A stretch of DNA of 63,941 bases, filler included, from Craspedostauros australis (taxonomy: Eukaryota): NCBI GenBank assembly GCA_030167865.1. It is 17 parts of 17 records of this genome, joined end to end, with 100 filler letters (N's around TTAATTAATTAA, not from the genome) between each part and the next. Parts side by side here need not be neighbours in the genome. Positions count along the whole stretch, not along the records: positions 21,747 to 26,242 come from JALAGF010002627.1; positions 26,343 to 31,476 come from JALAGF010002629.1; positions 31,577 to 45,210 come from JALAGF010002630.1; 14 more parts are not named here. The stretch is one strand, 5' to 3'. Both the position numbers and the translations under genes were made by a program. Below are positions 21,748 through 39,158 of the stretch, one piece after another (the stretch's first letter is position 1; each line of letters begins with the position of its first letter). The notes beneath the pieces are model-generated. The model saw only the letters and a program-made list of their open reading frames with translations, did no database searches and had not been told where the DNA came from.

Positions 21748-22515
21748 TTCTACGGACAAGCTGGCGTAGTTGCATCCGATAGCCAGAACAACTCTTTTGA
21801 TTTTGCCGGATATCCTTTCGTCGGAGCCATCTTATTCCAAAACATCGTGATGGTCGCACCTACCAGTGCACCGACCAGCGCTCCTACTTCGGCGCCCACA
21901 TCGGCCCCGACAAGCAATCCGACGTCTGTCCCCACATCGGCGCCCACATCCGCACCAACATCGGCCCCGACAAGCAATCCAACGGCGTCGCCTACTGCGC
22001 CTGCACCAACCAGCGCACCAACGTCGGCTCCAACCAGTGCACCGACTTCCTCACCGACGTCGGCGCCCACATCTCAGCCAAATGCCAATCCAACATCGGC
22101 GCCGACAAGTGCTCCGACCAGCGCACCGACATCAGCCCCGACCAGCGCACCGACGTCTGCCCCAACATCGGCACCCACCGCTGCGGTTCCAGTACCAACC
22201 AGCGCTCCGACATCAGCCCCGACAAGCTCACCGACGTCTGCCCCAACATCGGCTCCGACCAGCGCCCCGACTTCCTCACCGACGTCAGCACCGACAGCTC
22301 AGCCAAACAACAATCCAACCGCGGCGCCGACCAGCGCCCCGACGTGGATGCCAACACGATCCCCGACTTCGTCACCGACATTCGCACCAAGCGAGACCGT
22401 GGTGATGAAGAAGACGAAGAGCTTCGTCGATCCTGACGAGAAGAAATCGAAGAATAACATGATGACTTCCGACGACAGCGATACCAAGAAAACCAAGAAC
22501 ATGCTGAGAGTCTAA
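21748..22515 (+). CDS. 3' part of a PTSAPT-repeat mucin-like protein with a Lys-rich tail
   Basis: The frame is open from the contig start (FYGQAGVVASDSQNNSFDFAGYPFVGAIL), continues through dozens of PTSA units and ends KKTKS..KKSK..KKTKNMLRV. Confidence 0.8.
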   Translation, partial: FYGQAGVVASDSQNNSFDFAGYPFVGAILFQNIVMVAPTSAPTSAPTSAPTSAPTSNPTSVPTSAPTSAPTSAPTSNPTASPTAPAPTSAPTSAPTSAPTSSPTSAPTSQPNANPTSAPTSAPTSAPTSAPTSAPTSAPTSAPTAAVPVPTSAPTSAPTSSPTSAPTSAPTSAPTSSPTSAPTAQPNNNPTAAPTSAPTWMPTRSPTSSPTFAPSETVVMKKTKSFVDPDEKKSKNNMMTSDDSDTKKTKNMLRV

Positions 22516-24310
22516 ACGACTCGCGGACGCATGTGCTTGTGCCACATTCGTTTGCATGTACGTGGATGTCCAAGTGCGAGGATGCTTGCATGGTGCATCG
22601 TGCCACCTGCAATCCCGTACCCACACCCTCAGATCGAGTCTCTCAATGCCACAAGTGCGGCGAGAGACCTCAATGCTTGGACATACAGGTACCAGAAAGG
22701 CCATCAATACTAAGGATGCCATGTTTACATATTTGTGAAAGCATCCTCGTGCACTGCAACAGCAGCGTCGCTGATCGTTTCATCTCTGTGCATACTGTTG
22801 AATCGTATGATATATAATATGCTGCACGTTTGTTGTGTGGTAGTTGTCGAACGAATGTGCAGAAGAGAGAGAGAGAGAGAGAGAGAACAGTTATCGACAG
22901 GCAGCAGCCGAGTGCTGCGAACGACAAGAGACATGACATGGCCACAACGACCACCGTTCGCTCCCCAACCACAAAAGAGCCACGAAGATCCAAGCATGCG
23001 GCAGCGAGCAGAGGCGAGGCAGAGCACAAGATGGTGCAGCAAAGTGTGAGATGACACCGCACGTCAACGTGTTCATCCACGTTCGGCGTGAATGAGAGAG
23101 ACAGGAGAGTAACCCAATCATTCAAGAGCCACGATCCTGGCTGCGAAGTTGTCACTGTCGGAAGCATCACCGCAGCATCAACCAAGGCACGACACCCATG
23201 TACGTACCATGGTGCTTCTTTTGAAGTCCGTCCATGATGTCCGCTCGTCGCACAGTGCTGTTCCATCTCTCTCCAGACAAGAATCCGTCACGTAGATCGC
23301 ACCCCAAAGATATCACCGAAAAGAAGCTGATCTCGCAGTCACCATGGTGGTCTCGGATGGTTGCTCGTTCGGGTTCGACAGCGCGCAGATCCTCAGCAAG
23401 GGGATGGCACTCTCTCGGGCGTTTCGCTTCAACGCATCCGGAGCTAGCAAGGACATCTACCTCGAAACAATGGTCGGTTGTGGCAAGCACAGGACTGCGG
23501 CCTGTCAACAACGAGATGGACACGGAGATACATGTAGCATCGAACACATACCCAAGATAAGCTGCAGAAAGGCCTGTTCATGCTATTTCGAGTAAGTGTC
23601 ATGGCGTCACTCCTACCATGCACATCGATGAATCCTCACCAGCGATTGCTCTCGCCGGAACTTGGTTGCCACAGACACGATGTTGGCGCGCCTGTGGCCT
23701 ATCTCCCTGGTTGTGAATGGCCGAACTCCTGCGCAATTCAGGCCTGGCCGATAGAGGCCGATAAAGGCCGGAAACATTGCCACACCAACCAAACAACCAA
23801 CCCAAGTGAGAAGCCTGTGCCACAAAGTAGACCATGTGTGAGATTATAGGAGATTAGATGATATGCTTGGTACTCACACTACTTAAGTAGGCAATTACTC
23901 CGTTTCATCAACGGAGTGGGCTAGGGCTACCGGTTTCGGGTGCAATCCCCGGGCATTCCAGATTTCGTCGTCTGGGGTTCGATTCCTTTCTCTTTGCCAT
24001 TTTCTGTTTATCCTAACACCATGATGCCCACGATGCATTACGATCTACGAGTCAGCTCGCACATCGAGTAAGAGAAGAGCGCCCACACCCCTCGCACACT
24101 TGCAACATCCACAGCAACTCCCATGCCCCTCGTCTCTGATCGAGGAAGGAAGAACCGCCCGGCTCTCCACCAATTCCGATGGTTAGGCGGCTTTGGCACT
24201 GATTCCAATGTCACCAGCTTCCACTTCAACAACAGACATCCAGCAAGACTACTCGGAGGGCTGATTGCATCTCCGAAAACGCGAGAGCCGATGATGTGAT
24301 GGGCAGTATC

Positions 24311-25112
24311 TGTTGGCAAGTTCCGTACATGGAAGCCTATGATCGTGGAAGACAGTGGTGGTTGATAGTTGTTTCGTTTACTATTTCATTACGTTGGCAC
24401 TCCAATCCTCTCAGTGTCTCCATTCTCTTGCCCGATGCTCTCGGCACGTTTGTCAGTTTTGTAGATTGAGTCTCCAACTATGAGTTGGTATGTGAGATCC
24501 TCTCTCGTTCCTCTCTGTATTCTCTCTCTCTCTCTCTCAACATCGTGTGCTCGTGCCATACGATACTCCGTGTTCGATGCGTACTCCGCATTCAACACTC
24601 CGTTCGTTCACTACTGGTTCCTACTCCATGAGCACTTACCATTTGAAGTTCACCTTCAGTATCCATGATCTTCATGGGTCATTGCATCTTCGCCTCCTGC
24701 TCTGACTTGGAGACAGCTGTCGACGTGGTGACATGATGACATCCTGTCAACGTCAGTAGGCGTCCTTCTGCTCTCCAGATGTCACGTTCCATTGGTGATG
24801 CAGTGGTCTGTCAGATGATATCGTCATCTGAGGTTTAGTTGGGAGGTACCTCAAGATTCGCTTGGTACCATACGTCTCCATTGATGGATGGACGGACGAT
24901 CTTCCAATTCTCTCAGAAATCGTCGATTGCAAATTTCCTCCAGAAATCTTGCTCTTTTTCGTGTGTTCCATTTCCGCTGTAATTCTGACGAATCACAGCA
25001 TACTATTGACACGAGTGTAGTTATACCGTCCAAGTGCGTATGAGAGAATAATGGGTGAACGATGCACATATACACGTACATCTCGACATATACTCACATG
25101 TACATCTCGACA
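24311..25112. mobile_element. Putative solo LTR (~802 bp) truncating a transposase ORF
   Basis: Starts TGTTGGCA and ends TCTCGACA (imperfect inverted termini). The left end is fixed by the copy at 1-444. The right end is inferred from where similarity to the transposase at 47376-48588 is lost. Confidence 0.65.
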
Positions 25113-26242
25113 ATCCTCCATAAGCAACGTGACGAAAGGGACATATTGGTCATCCACAAAACGCATCACCCCTGCACAACGGATACATACTCCAGTGTGT
25201 TGTTTGTCTGTGGTGGCGCAAGGCTGTTCGTTGTTGGCAGTGGTGGTGTCATTGGCAGCAGTATCTGTCACAAAAGTGAGGTCTGGAATATCAATTGTGA
25301 CGGTTGGAGTGTCATTGGTGGAAAAAGCCACGTCGTTTGTTCCAGTGATCTTCTTCCTGAGCTTGTGCTTGTTCGTACGTGTTCTGGTTGGTTGGGATTG
25401 TTTTGTCGTTGTCTTCTTCTCCTCATTGGGTGTGAGCGCGAATTGAGCCAAGTGCAGTGGGTCATCACACTCCATCTGCATGTGTGATGCTGTGAATTCC
25501 CATTTGACGAAGACCACAAGAAGTTCCAATGAGTACAAAAGAGACTTGGCCGTGCGCAGATGCCGGGAAATCACGTCATTCTCGTCCTCAGCGCCATTTG
25601 TTGTGGGATACTTAGCCTTCAAAAGTGTGACGAGGCGCGAGATCGTGCGTTTGAGAGTAAGCATCGCCAGCAAGAAGTGACTCTCGAAAGACGACAGCCC
25701 TGTGTTGACTTTGCCACGTCGTGTTAGTAGCTGCGTCATCTCTTTGAATGCTGGTTCGCCCACTGGGTTGGTAGTCGTTGTCTTGTACATGTCGAATAGC
25801 GCCATGATGTTTTTGCCTCCACGATCGAAGACTGGAACGTTGCCGAATACCACGCCTTCCCACTCCATTGCGTGGCACAAGCCAGCCTTTTACGTGGTCG
25901 TAGTGCAGAGAAACGACACCACACCAGACAAAGCACATGCAGTCACACGGTATTGAAGAACTTTGGGAGGAATGGTTTCCCCATCGCTCAACATGTCATG
26001 GTAACGATGCAATGTGTTATTTTGGCTTTTTGTGACAGTTAATCGATTACCATGTACACGCATGCGTTCTTCCTCCGGCAATCCATTGACATATCCAGTG
26101 AGAATGTCTGTGCATGTTGTTGGAGACGCAGACTGCGCGAGAACAGCTCTCGCGCAGGGGTGCATGAGCTTGCTCCCTCCAACACATATGCGGTACAGAT
26201 TTGGTGCAAGTGTCGTTGGTGGCAGTGGTTGACCAGCTCGGA
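25113..26242 (-). pseudogene. Disrupted transposase-like ORF, paralog of 47376-48588
   Basis: Shares F.NVPVFDRG..NPVG.PAF..LLTR..TGLSSFES..LELLVVFVKWEFTASHMQ..CDDP.H..C.RC..MRFVDD. In-frame TAA at 25890-25892 where the paralog has Tyr, and it is cut by the LTR at 25112. Confidence 0.75.
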
Positions 26243-26342
26243 NNNNNNNNNNNNNNNNNNNNNNNNNNNNNNNNNNNNNNNNNNNNTTAATTAATTAANN
26301 NNNNNNNNNNNNNNNNNNNNNNNNNNNNNNNNNNNNNNNNNN

Positions 26343-29007
<2,665 letters not shown>

Positions 29008-30078
29008 GGTGGCGATGGATTTGGTCGTTTCTGTTGTGTGTGAGCGGTCCGAAAGATTTTATGATCTTGTGTGGTTGTGCTGCGCAGTGTGGTGCGATGG
29101 ACTCCCGCATTTTTGTTGTTGTTGCGGCAACGGTGGTGCCAGTGGTGGTGGTGCGGCTGAGGAAGTCCCCGCCAAAGGACTGAGTGGCATTGGCCGTGTC
29201 GGAGAACCTTCCCTCAACACCTGCACCTCAAAACTTCTCTTCGCCATTAAGGCCTTGCGCGCCTGTCGAGTGTCTGTGCGCTGATGACGAGGGAGTGCAA
29301 AGTTCCGGCTTCTCGCTCCAAAACCTCATCAAAAACCAACGGTCGAGCGCATTGCTTCCCGAAACAGACGCGACGGTTGTTGCCTCGCCCGCTCGGCGAT
29401 CTTGATGGGTTCGGCTTGGGTTCCTGAAGTCCGACTTTGAGATTTTCCAGTTGGATCCACACAGGCTTCGCAGCCATCCAAATCTGCGAAGCTGACGTGT
29501 CTATTGACGTCATGACTTATGGCAAGCACATTGTGATGATGGATGACTCATCTGTTTCCGCGTCGCATGCTCCAATCGATTGGTGCAGAGCTGCTGAATT
29601 GGCGATACGACATCCATCCCTTTGTGTCGTCACTGAGATTCGCCTGCCTTGTGATCGATCTGGTCGAAGATTCCACAATTCGAGAATTTTGATTGGCCAG
29701 CAGAGGAATCGCAGGTCGACGAAATAACGAGAACCACATCACAACCTCCAAACACGAACGATCTTTCTTTCCGTCGAAATGGGTCTTTTTGTTGCGGCTT
29801 CGTCACAGGTTTCTCCTCCTTTCGTTTCCCCTTTCCGCATACGCGTGTCATTGCGCAGCGTCATTTGTTTCTGCATTGGTGTTGTGTCCTTGTGTTCTCG
29901 TGTTGTTGCGGCGTCTGTGATTTGGTTGTCGGGTCCCCGTTGTCGTTGCTGTGTCTGAGATGAGATGAGACGAGACATCCCCCGGATCTCCCTTCCGCCC
30001 ACTCCCCGACGGCACAAAAACCAACAGAGGATCTTCAGCAACCCACCATCAGCTCCAACCGCCTCCAATCTCCTCACC
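29008..30078. promoter_or_regulatory. Shared divergent promoter region of the two GAPDH genes
   Basis: About 1.07 kb between outward-facing ATGs. TGACGT (29493), TGACGTCA (29505), TGACTCA (29544) and CCAATCGATTGG (29572) cluster at the midpoint. Confidence 0.6.
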
Positions 30079-31476
<1,398 letters not shown>

Positions 31477-31576
31477 NNNNNNNNNNNNNNNNNNNNNNNN
31501 NNNNNNNNNNNNNNNNNNNNTTAATTAATTAANNNNNNNNNNNNNNNNNNNNNNNNNNNNNNNNNNNNNNNNNNNN

Positions 31577-32341
<765 letters not shown>

Positions 32342-32576
32342 GCACCGACACCATCTGCACACCCCATGTTAATGGGACGACGAAACCAAACCTTCGGCAC
32401 ACTGTACCATAATGACTAAGACAAATATCTGTTTGGTTACGTGGTCCTCTTTGCCCTGCGCAGTCCTTGTTTGTGGAGGCATCTAATAGGATACGGTTGA
32501 GTAGAGTGACGCAGTGGCACAAGATCGTCTCAACTACATACGTGCGTTATTTCTGATTTATCTGTGGTGCAATCAA

Positions 32577-35500
32577 TCAAATATCCTCGCTCCTATCCGA
32601 ATCTTCTGACATGTTGGCGATGCTCATGCTGTCGTCATTGTTGTCTCTGTATCCCCCGCTGCTGTTGTTGGGACTGTGATCAGCGCCATCCACCCCAGCT
32701 TTCGCTGTGCTCGTATGAATGGTCCGATCGGTTTCCATCTCTTTCGATTGTTCCGTCTTTTCTGAATCGACTCCCTTGTTGCCGCCGCTGTTGTCGTCGC
32801 CATCGCCATCGCCAATATCGTCGCCGGTATCCTCACGAAGTTCAGCTTCGTTCGTCTTTGCGCTGGGGTCGCTGTCTGATGTACTCGTAGGAGCTACCCC
32901 AGGAGCAACTGCAGGGGTGCTTTTATCCACGGCGCCAGTTTCAGCCCCTGCCGGTGGTGAATCCGATTCGTTCGGAAACGACGGTTCGTCTTGGCGCTTG
33001 TCCAAGCGGCTGCGAGAACTTTCGTCTTCATGTCCCTCCAACTTCTTGCTCTTCCCCTTCTCATTGTCTGCTTTCGTAACATCATCAATCGCCGTGCTCG
33101 CACGCACCTCCGCCTTCTCATCCTTCTCCTGCGAAGGCACGCTCTTCTGGGCCGGTTTTTCCTGCGTTGGATGTTCCGCCTCCTCCCCAAAACGATTCTC
33201 CTTGCGCCATTTCTTGGCTTTCACCCACACCATGCCATCCACCGGTTTGCCGCCATCCAGATATTCTGAGACAAATAGACCTCGGGTGGCTTGTTCGTTG
33301 GACAAAGACACTGTGAAGGAAGCCTTGCAGCAGCTTCCCCAGTCGCCAAACGCGGACTCAAAGCTCGAAAAACCAACCAACAGCTTTTGCAGCAGCACAT
33401 CTATTCGGATGATCTGGGACTCTTGCTCCACGTACGACAATTGCGCATCATACGCCTCCTTCGGCACCCGTGCCAACCTGTGCACTCCGTTGTTCTGGAT
33501 GGCTGACATTTCTACACCATCTTCATTCTGCCCCAAATCCTTCTCCTCACTTCCTTCCTCGTCCTTATGTTTGACACTGCCGTTGCCGTCATCGTTGTCA
33601 ATATCTTCGCCATCCGTCTTGCTCTCGTCCTTGCATCGTTTCTGGTCTTCTGCGCGTTTTTCTGGCGTTGCTGACTCCTTCTCGCTGTCCTTCTCATTGA
33701 TGGTCATCGAATCTTCTTCAGGAGCTTGCTTTTTCCCCTTCGTTCGTCCTTTGCTGCGATTGTCGCAATCATCACTGGTCTCCATGTCGTGACTTGAACT
33801 TTCGTTCTGTTCCATCTGTCGCCGTTGCTCCTGCTGATTCAATGACTTCTTTTGTCGCTCCTGGCCACTGTTTGGCTTCATTGGCATCCACAACGCTCGC
33901 AGAGGGCGGCGAACTTCAAAACCGGCGATCTTAGTCCATTGCTCGCTCGGCTCCTTGACTTTGATCATGGCTTCTCGCATTTCGGATCTCAGCTTCCTGC
34001 TTCTACCAGCAAAATACGTCGATGCTTCGTCGACGGAAGGGAAGATGTATATCCCGCTGCCTATCTTCACTTCCACCAGATCTAACTCCACTATGGGTAT
34101 GACCACCGCCCCCTGCTGAAGTCCCTGCAACGACACCCAGCGGTGCCCGAAGAGGCGCGACCTCGGATCTTTCGCGCCGCGATGGATCAGATTTTTCATC
34201 GCTGATTCGCTCAGTGTTTCAAATTCACATCTGTGGCCCAACCCCATCAAGAACAGCGCAGCCTGCAATGCGCTCTTTTGTGTCGAATATGCCTTGATTA
34301 TCCGGCACGTATCCGGATCGAGCACCGCCACCGGCCTCGCGAGGCTTGTCTTTGTCAGCTTGATGGTGATCTTGTGTTTACTTTTGGGCCGCCTCAGCGA
34401 TCCAATCGGCCTTGGTTTGACACCGGAGATCGACACCGTTGACGGCGGCGGTTTCACTTCGGTTGCTCTCGTCGATGGCGACGACGGCGGAGTTTCCGGT
34501 GAAGACGTGTCGCAGGACTGCTCCTGCTCCTGCTCCTGGGCATCCGAACAGTTGTTGCGCTCCATTTCGCAACCCCTGACAAAACTGGCAACGGCTGCTT
34601 TCACCTCGTCAGACAAAACATCAGCAATGCTGCATATTACCATCTTGAGCATCCGCTTTCGATGCACGGCAGCCATCCGAAAAATTGCGCTACCTTCCAA
34701 ATTGAAGGTGAAGCAGTTGTGCCAAACAAGTTCAATGTCTTTGAAGATATCGATGAGGATATCGTTCTTATGGCGGACCTTGCCAGTCTCAGTCTCAGCA
34801 CCAGCGCCAGCATCAATACTACCGGCACCAATGGTGGAGCTTTCGGCTGAATCGTTGTTGTTGATGCTATTGGCGACGTCAATATCCATGTTGCTCGTTC
34901 CATCTCCGATCCTGGCATCTCTGTTTGTGCCCCTGGCCACATTGAAGTAGTAGCCCGAGCCGATGCGCTTGTGGATCGTCCCAAGGTCGATGGGGGTCTT
35001 GACAATGTTGGCATATTCGGGTATGGCCTTGACGTTCACAGGATCGCGGAACATGTAACCAAAGTCGTAATCGATAAGCCTTGACAGGAGCTCGCGGATC
35101 ATGCTGTAGAGTCTCATTTCGTCTACCGTTGGCAAATCAACCTGATGTTCCTTGAATTCTTTCAGCAGAGTGGGGAACTCCTTGTGGCCAGTCACTTTGT
35201 CGTCTTTCAATATGGTATTCTCTTTCTGGCATACCACGCATTCCCACGGCAAGTCATTGGCCTGCACGCTTGGTTTGATGCACCCGGGATGGAAAGCACG
35301 AGGGCAAAAATCGCAACACAGCAAGTTGCCATGCTTCTCGCAGAAGTGGCAGTAATCGACGTTGCCATCCTCCAGAGCTTCGTTGGCCTCAGCGGTGGCC
35401 GCAGATTGCGCAGCCGATGACGCGGCTCTATTGCTTGATGTCAAATGCGCCATGCTCTGAGCCACCTCATCTGGATTGTCGCAAACAAAAGGCCCCGTGG

Positions 35501-37640
35501 CTGCAAATACCGTGGAGTAATCAGATACTGTTCCGACTTCAACTTCGCGCATTCCGGAGACTTCGCGTGGGAAATCATAACTCGGAAGTTTGGGAACCCA
35601 ATCTCTGAACCTCCCACGGGATGCAGTCGATCGTTTCGGCTTTGTCGACTTGTCAGGATCCGGCGTGGATGCGGCAGCAGCGGCGGTCGCTGCGGCGCTG
35701 CTTCCTCGCTTCTTTTTCAACCTTGCGACGAGCTCGTCCATCGTCACGTCTGCAACATCCAGACAATCCTCGTTGCAGACTCTCCGAAGTTCGTTGGCGA
35801 GCGAATCCAATCTCCGTTCGCACTTGCCACAAGGGCAGGTGAGGGAACAAACGGGACAGTACGGTGCCTTCCAAACCCCATCTTCGCCCCTCGAGATTCC
35901 GTGAGCTATCTGTACACAAAATCAGGCGGATAGGACGGCAATTGCCGCATGGAAAAAAAGCGTAGAGTAGAATAGAGTACGTACACATCATGGATGATTG
36001 TGAGGGCATTGCACTGGAAGCGTAGCATGGCGATGATGACCATGGCGATGAACATGATACTGCCCTGCGAGATCCGTGCAGTTCGCTGATCGGAGACGCA
36101 TTTTAGCGTCGACAGATCGGCCACGTTGCTGCAAATTGCAATGGTTGCGACTTACTTCGAGGTGATCATCGCAAAAGGCATGCGAGTCGACCCCGCAGCC
36201 AAAAGCATAGGCCTTGGGCACCTGCTTTTGACAGCCATGGCACGAATGATTTTCCAGGGCCACCAGCGCAACGCCATCATCGTCGCATTGCTGCAAGTTT
36301 GCAATTTCATGGTACGAAACCGTCTGTGCCTTTCGCTGCACTTCGGATATGTACTTCGGATCGATGGTCCCATGCGATATCGTGTTCATTCGTGATGATG
36401 ACATTCGGTGGCAACTGTTGCTGTTGTTTGTGCTGGACATGGATTGCCGTGACCCACCCCGCAGCGCATGCTGCCGTTCTTGCATCTCTTTGCGAGATAG
36501 CTGCTTGCCTCCACTTTCTGGGTTGAAGAGATTGTCGTACAGCCGTTTGAAGGATGGCGCAGCGGCAACCCGGCGGACATTCCCATGCGGATCCCGGATA
36601 GGATACGGAAGAGTGTACGCTGCGTGTTGCAGAATGTGGCTCTCTAGCTGCTGTTCAATGGATGTCGCCAAGTCCATCGTTTGTCCGAACGTCAACCCGT
36701 ACTCAGTCGCGACGTCTTGAGCAAAAAGCATGGGCGATTGAGTCGACGGAGATGAAAGATCCCAGACAACCGTCTCACGAAAGTATGCCTCATCTTGCGG
36801 ACTATCGTCGCTGTTCTCGTCATGGAGAGGGAATGCCACAACGATGTTGGCTTTCAGCTTTGGCTCTTCTTCGACGTGGTTGGTGTCTGAGGGTTCTAAA
36901 TCGCAAAGCAACGCTCCTGAAACTCTGTCTCTTGGTTCCGACCCCTCCCTACCCCGATGGTACGCAAAGGCATCCAATCCTTTCTTTTCGCACATGGACG
37001 TAACGCACACGTGGATCGCTTCTGGGTCGTTCGGATTCGCCCCGTCCTCATTTTGTGCATCGTCCGATTTGTCTTTGTCTTCATCCTTGCCCTTGCTCGA
37101 CTTTTCGACGGGCTCTTTCGCTATCCGGACGAAGCATGAATCCAGCACAACATCATCAATCTTGGATTCTCCTTTTTCCTCGTCGCCGGTGTTCGTCGCT
37201 GGAATTTGTTGCTTTGGTCTTTGCTCAGGTCCGCTGGTGTCCATCATTTTGATGTCTTCAGTCATTTCTCCATCAGCCTTTGTTGCAGGCGTTTCAATCG
37301 CCGCGTCGCCACCATCGCCAGCGATGTTTGAGCCAGTTGTGGTCTCGGTCTCGGTCTGCGTTTTCGTTGCATTTATTGCTTTTGTGGCTGCCTCAGCCTT
37401 CGCAGTATCCTTCTTCGTCGTGTCGGATGCACTCGTCTGTTTGGCGTCGCCACCGTCGGTTTGCAACAGCGACGCTTCTGTGTTTTGTACATCGTCTGCG
37501 CCTTCACCTGCCTGGGACGACATGCGTTGCCGCTTTGCATTTGGGACGCCATCACTGCGACCGTTGCCCGCACCAACACCAGGTATGCCCTCTGGCTCTC
37601 TTTGTCGGAATGCTACCTGTTGCGCCTTGCGTCGTGCTCT
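32577..37640 (-). CDS. Chromatin protein: SNF5-like repeat, Cys-rich zinc finger, PHD finger and bromodomain; exons 37640-36156 and 35909-32577, with further 5' exons to about 38025 uncertain
   Basis: FRETVVWDLS..SPMLFA..SIEQQL (SNF5-like); CHGC..C..FC..H|..CPVC..CPCGKC across the intron 36155-35910; CHFCEKHGNLLCCDFCPRAFHPGC..WECVVC (PHD); FRDPV..IPEYANIVKTPIDLGTI..DIELVWHNCFTFN (bromodomain). Confidence 0.82.
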
Positions 37641-39158
37641 CTGCAGATGTCCGCATCGGAGGGAACAAAACGACGTGAAACAAAACACCGTATTGGACGT
37701 TAGCAATCACGCAGACGACGGCATTGATGGTGCGTGTTCGACAGCCCCTGACAAGAGCATCATACGGATTAATACTGGGACGTATTATGTCAGAGAATAC
37801 AACAACTCTGGCATATGAAATTTTAGTGGCAATCCCAACCTTCAATTTCCAAACATCACCCGAACAAAGCAAAAAACGCACCAAGTGAGGACTCTGGACA
37901 TCGGCAACTCCCCCTGTTGCCGTCCATCCCCATCGCGACGGATCCAGCAGGGCCGCGTTCAGGGAAGCGTGCGGATTTGTCTTGGACAGCGAGTCTATCA
38001 TCCTTAAGCTTGTGGTCATCGACACAAATCAGGGATGGCCTTGCTCGACTGGTCGTTGTTTGCATCTGCAAACTCGTATGTTTGTGTTTGTACTCGTCTT
38101 CACGAAACCAGAGAGAGTGGCGGAGAACGTCAACATCAACATCGACAGTGGTGGACAGCGCTCGACGGCAGGTTACAGCTTCGCTGTGGTCGTGAGATGG
38201 TGGTGATGAATTTGTCGTTCTTGTTTCTGGTGTGGAAACTTGGATGGGTCGACTGAGAGGACTGCAATGCCGCCAACGAGACTTCTTCTTCTCCCTTCTG
38301 TTTCAATCGTGTCTACGACCACGTCTACACTCGCGCTTGCCCTATCTCTCTCCGGAGAGAGGCTTCCATGCTGACTTGATCCCAAGAGAAGACAGGAGCG
38401 ATTGCGACGGAGTGCTTGAATCCGTTTCATCCGGGCGCAGAACTGCAGATGATGATGTACTGGCACTCGCAAGAGGGCCCCTTCCATCACCTCTGGCCAT
38501 ACTATCGGTGCTTCTGACTGGTAGTCGTATCTCGCCGAACTGGTTGCTGACTTTGCCATGGCTGCTGTGATTTCCATCTCACGAAGTCTCGTCTTCTCCA
38601 CCTTTTGGAGGGTTCGTTCTCTTGAGCCTACCCAAAGGACATGCAGACATGTGCCAGAAACGATGTTGAAATGGGTACTTCGATATGTCGATCGAATACT
38701 TCGATGATACAGCGTGCCGTCATAGGAGCGTTGGATTAGACTCGCTATTGCAAAATGATCGAGCTATCATCCTTTCCTCATCCCACAGAGCAACAGAGTT
38801 GGTTAGTCTCGATGCAGTATCATGCTGTTGCACACTGCTGTGAGCGCATTATCGGGTGTAGGCGTCTACGACCAGTGTGAATAAATCGAGTTTGTTCTCG
38901 ATCAGCTTGACTACTGCAGATGTCTTCGCGCCAATTTCAGCGAACTTCGTTCCATGTTGCGTGGATCAACAACTTTTTGGGATCCGCCAAAAACAACAGG
39001 AACGACCACAACAGCCCAACAACAACACAAATACCAAGCCAACCAAGAAGCAACACCAAGAAGCAACACCAACACAACACCAAGGAGGAAATATTATAAA
39101 TCGATCGCCATCTCTGGTGCCATCACCATCATCATCATCACTATCACCAGGAACAACC

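Noticed and set aside
23918..24000. tRNA gene
   Set aside because: Only the T-loop motif is present; no acceptor or anticodon stems could be built.
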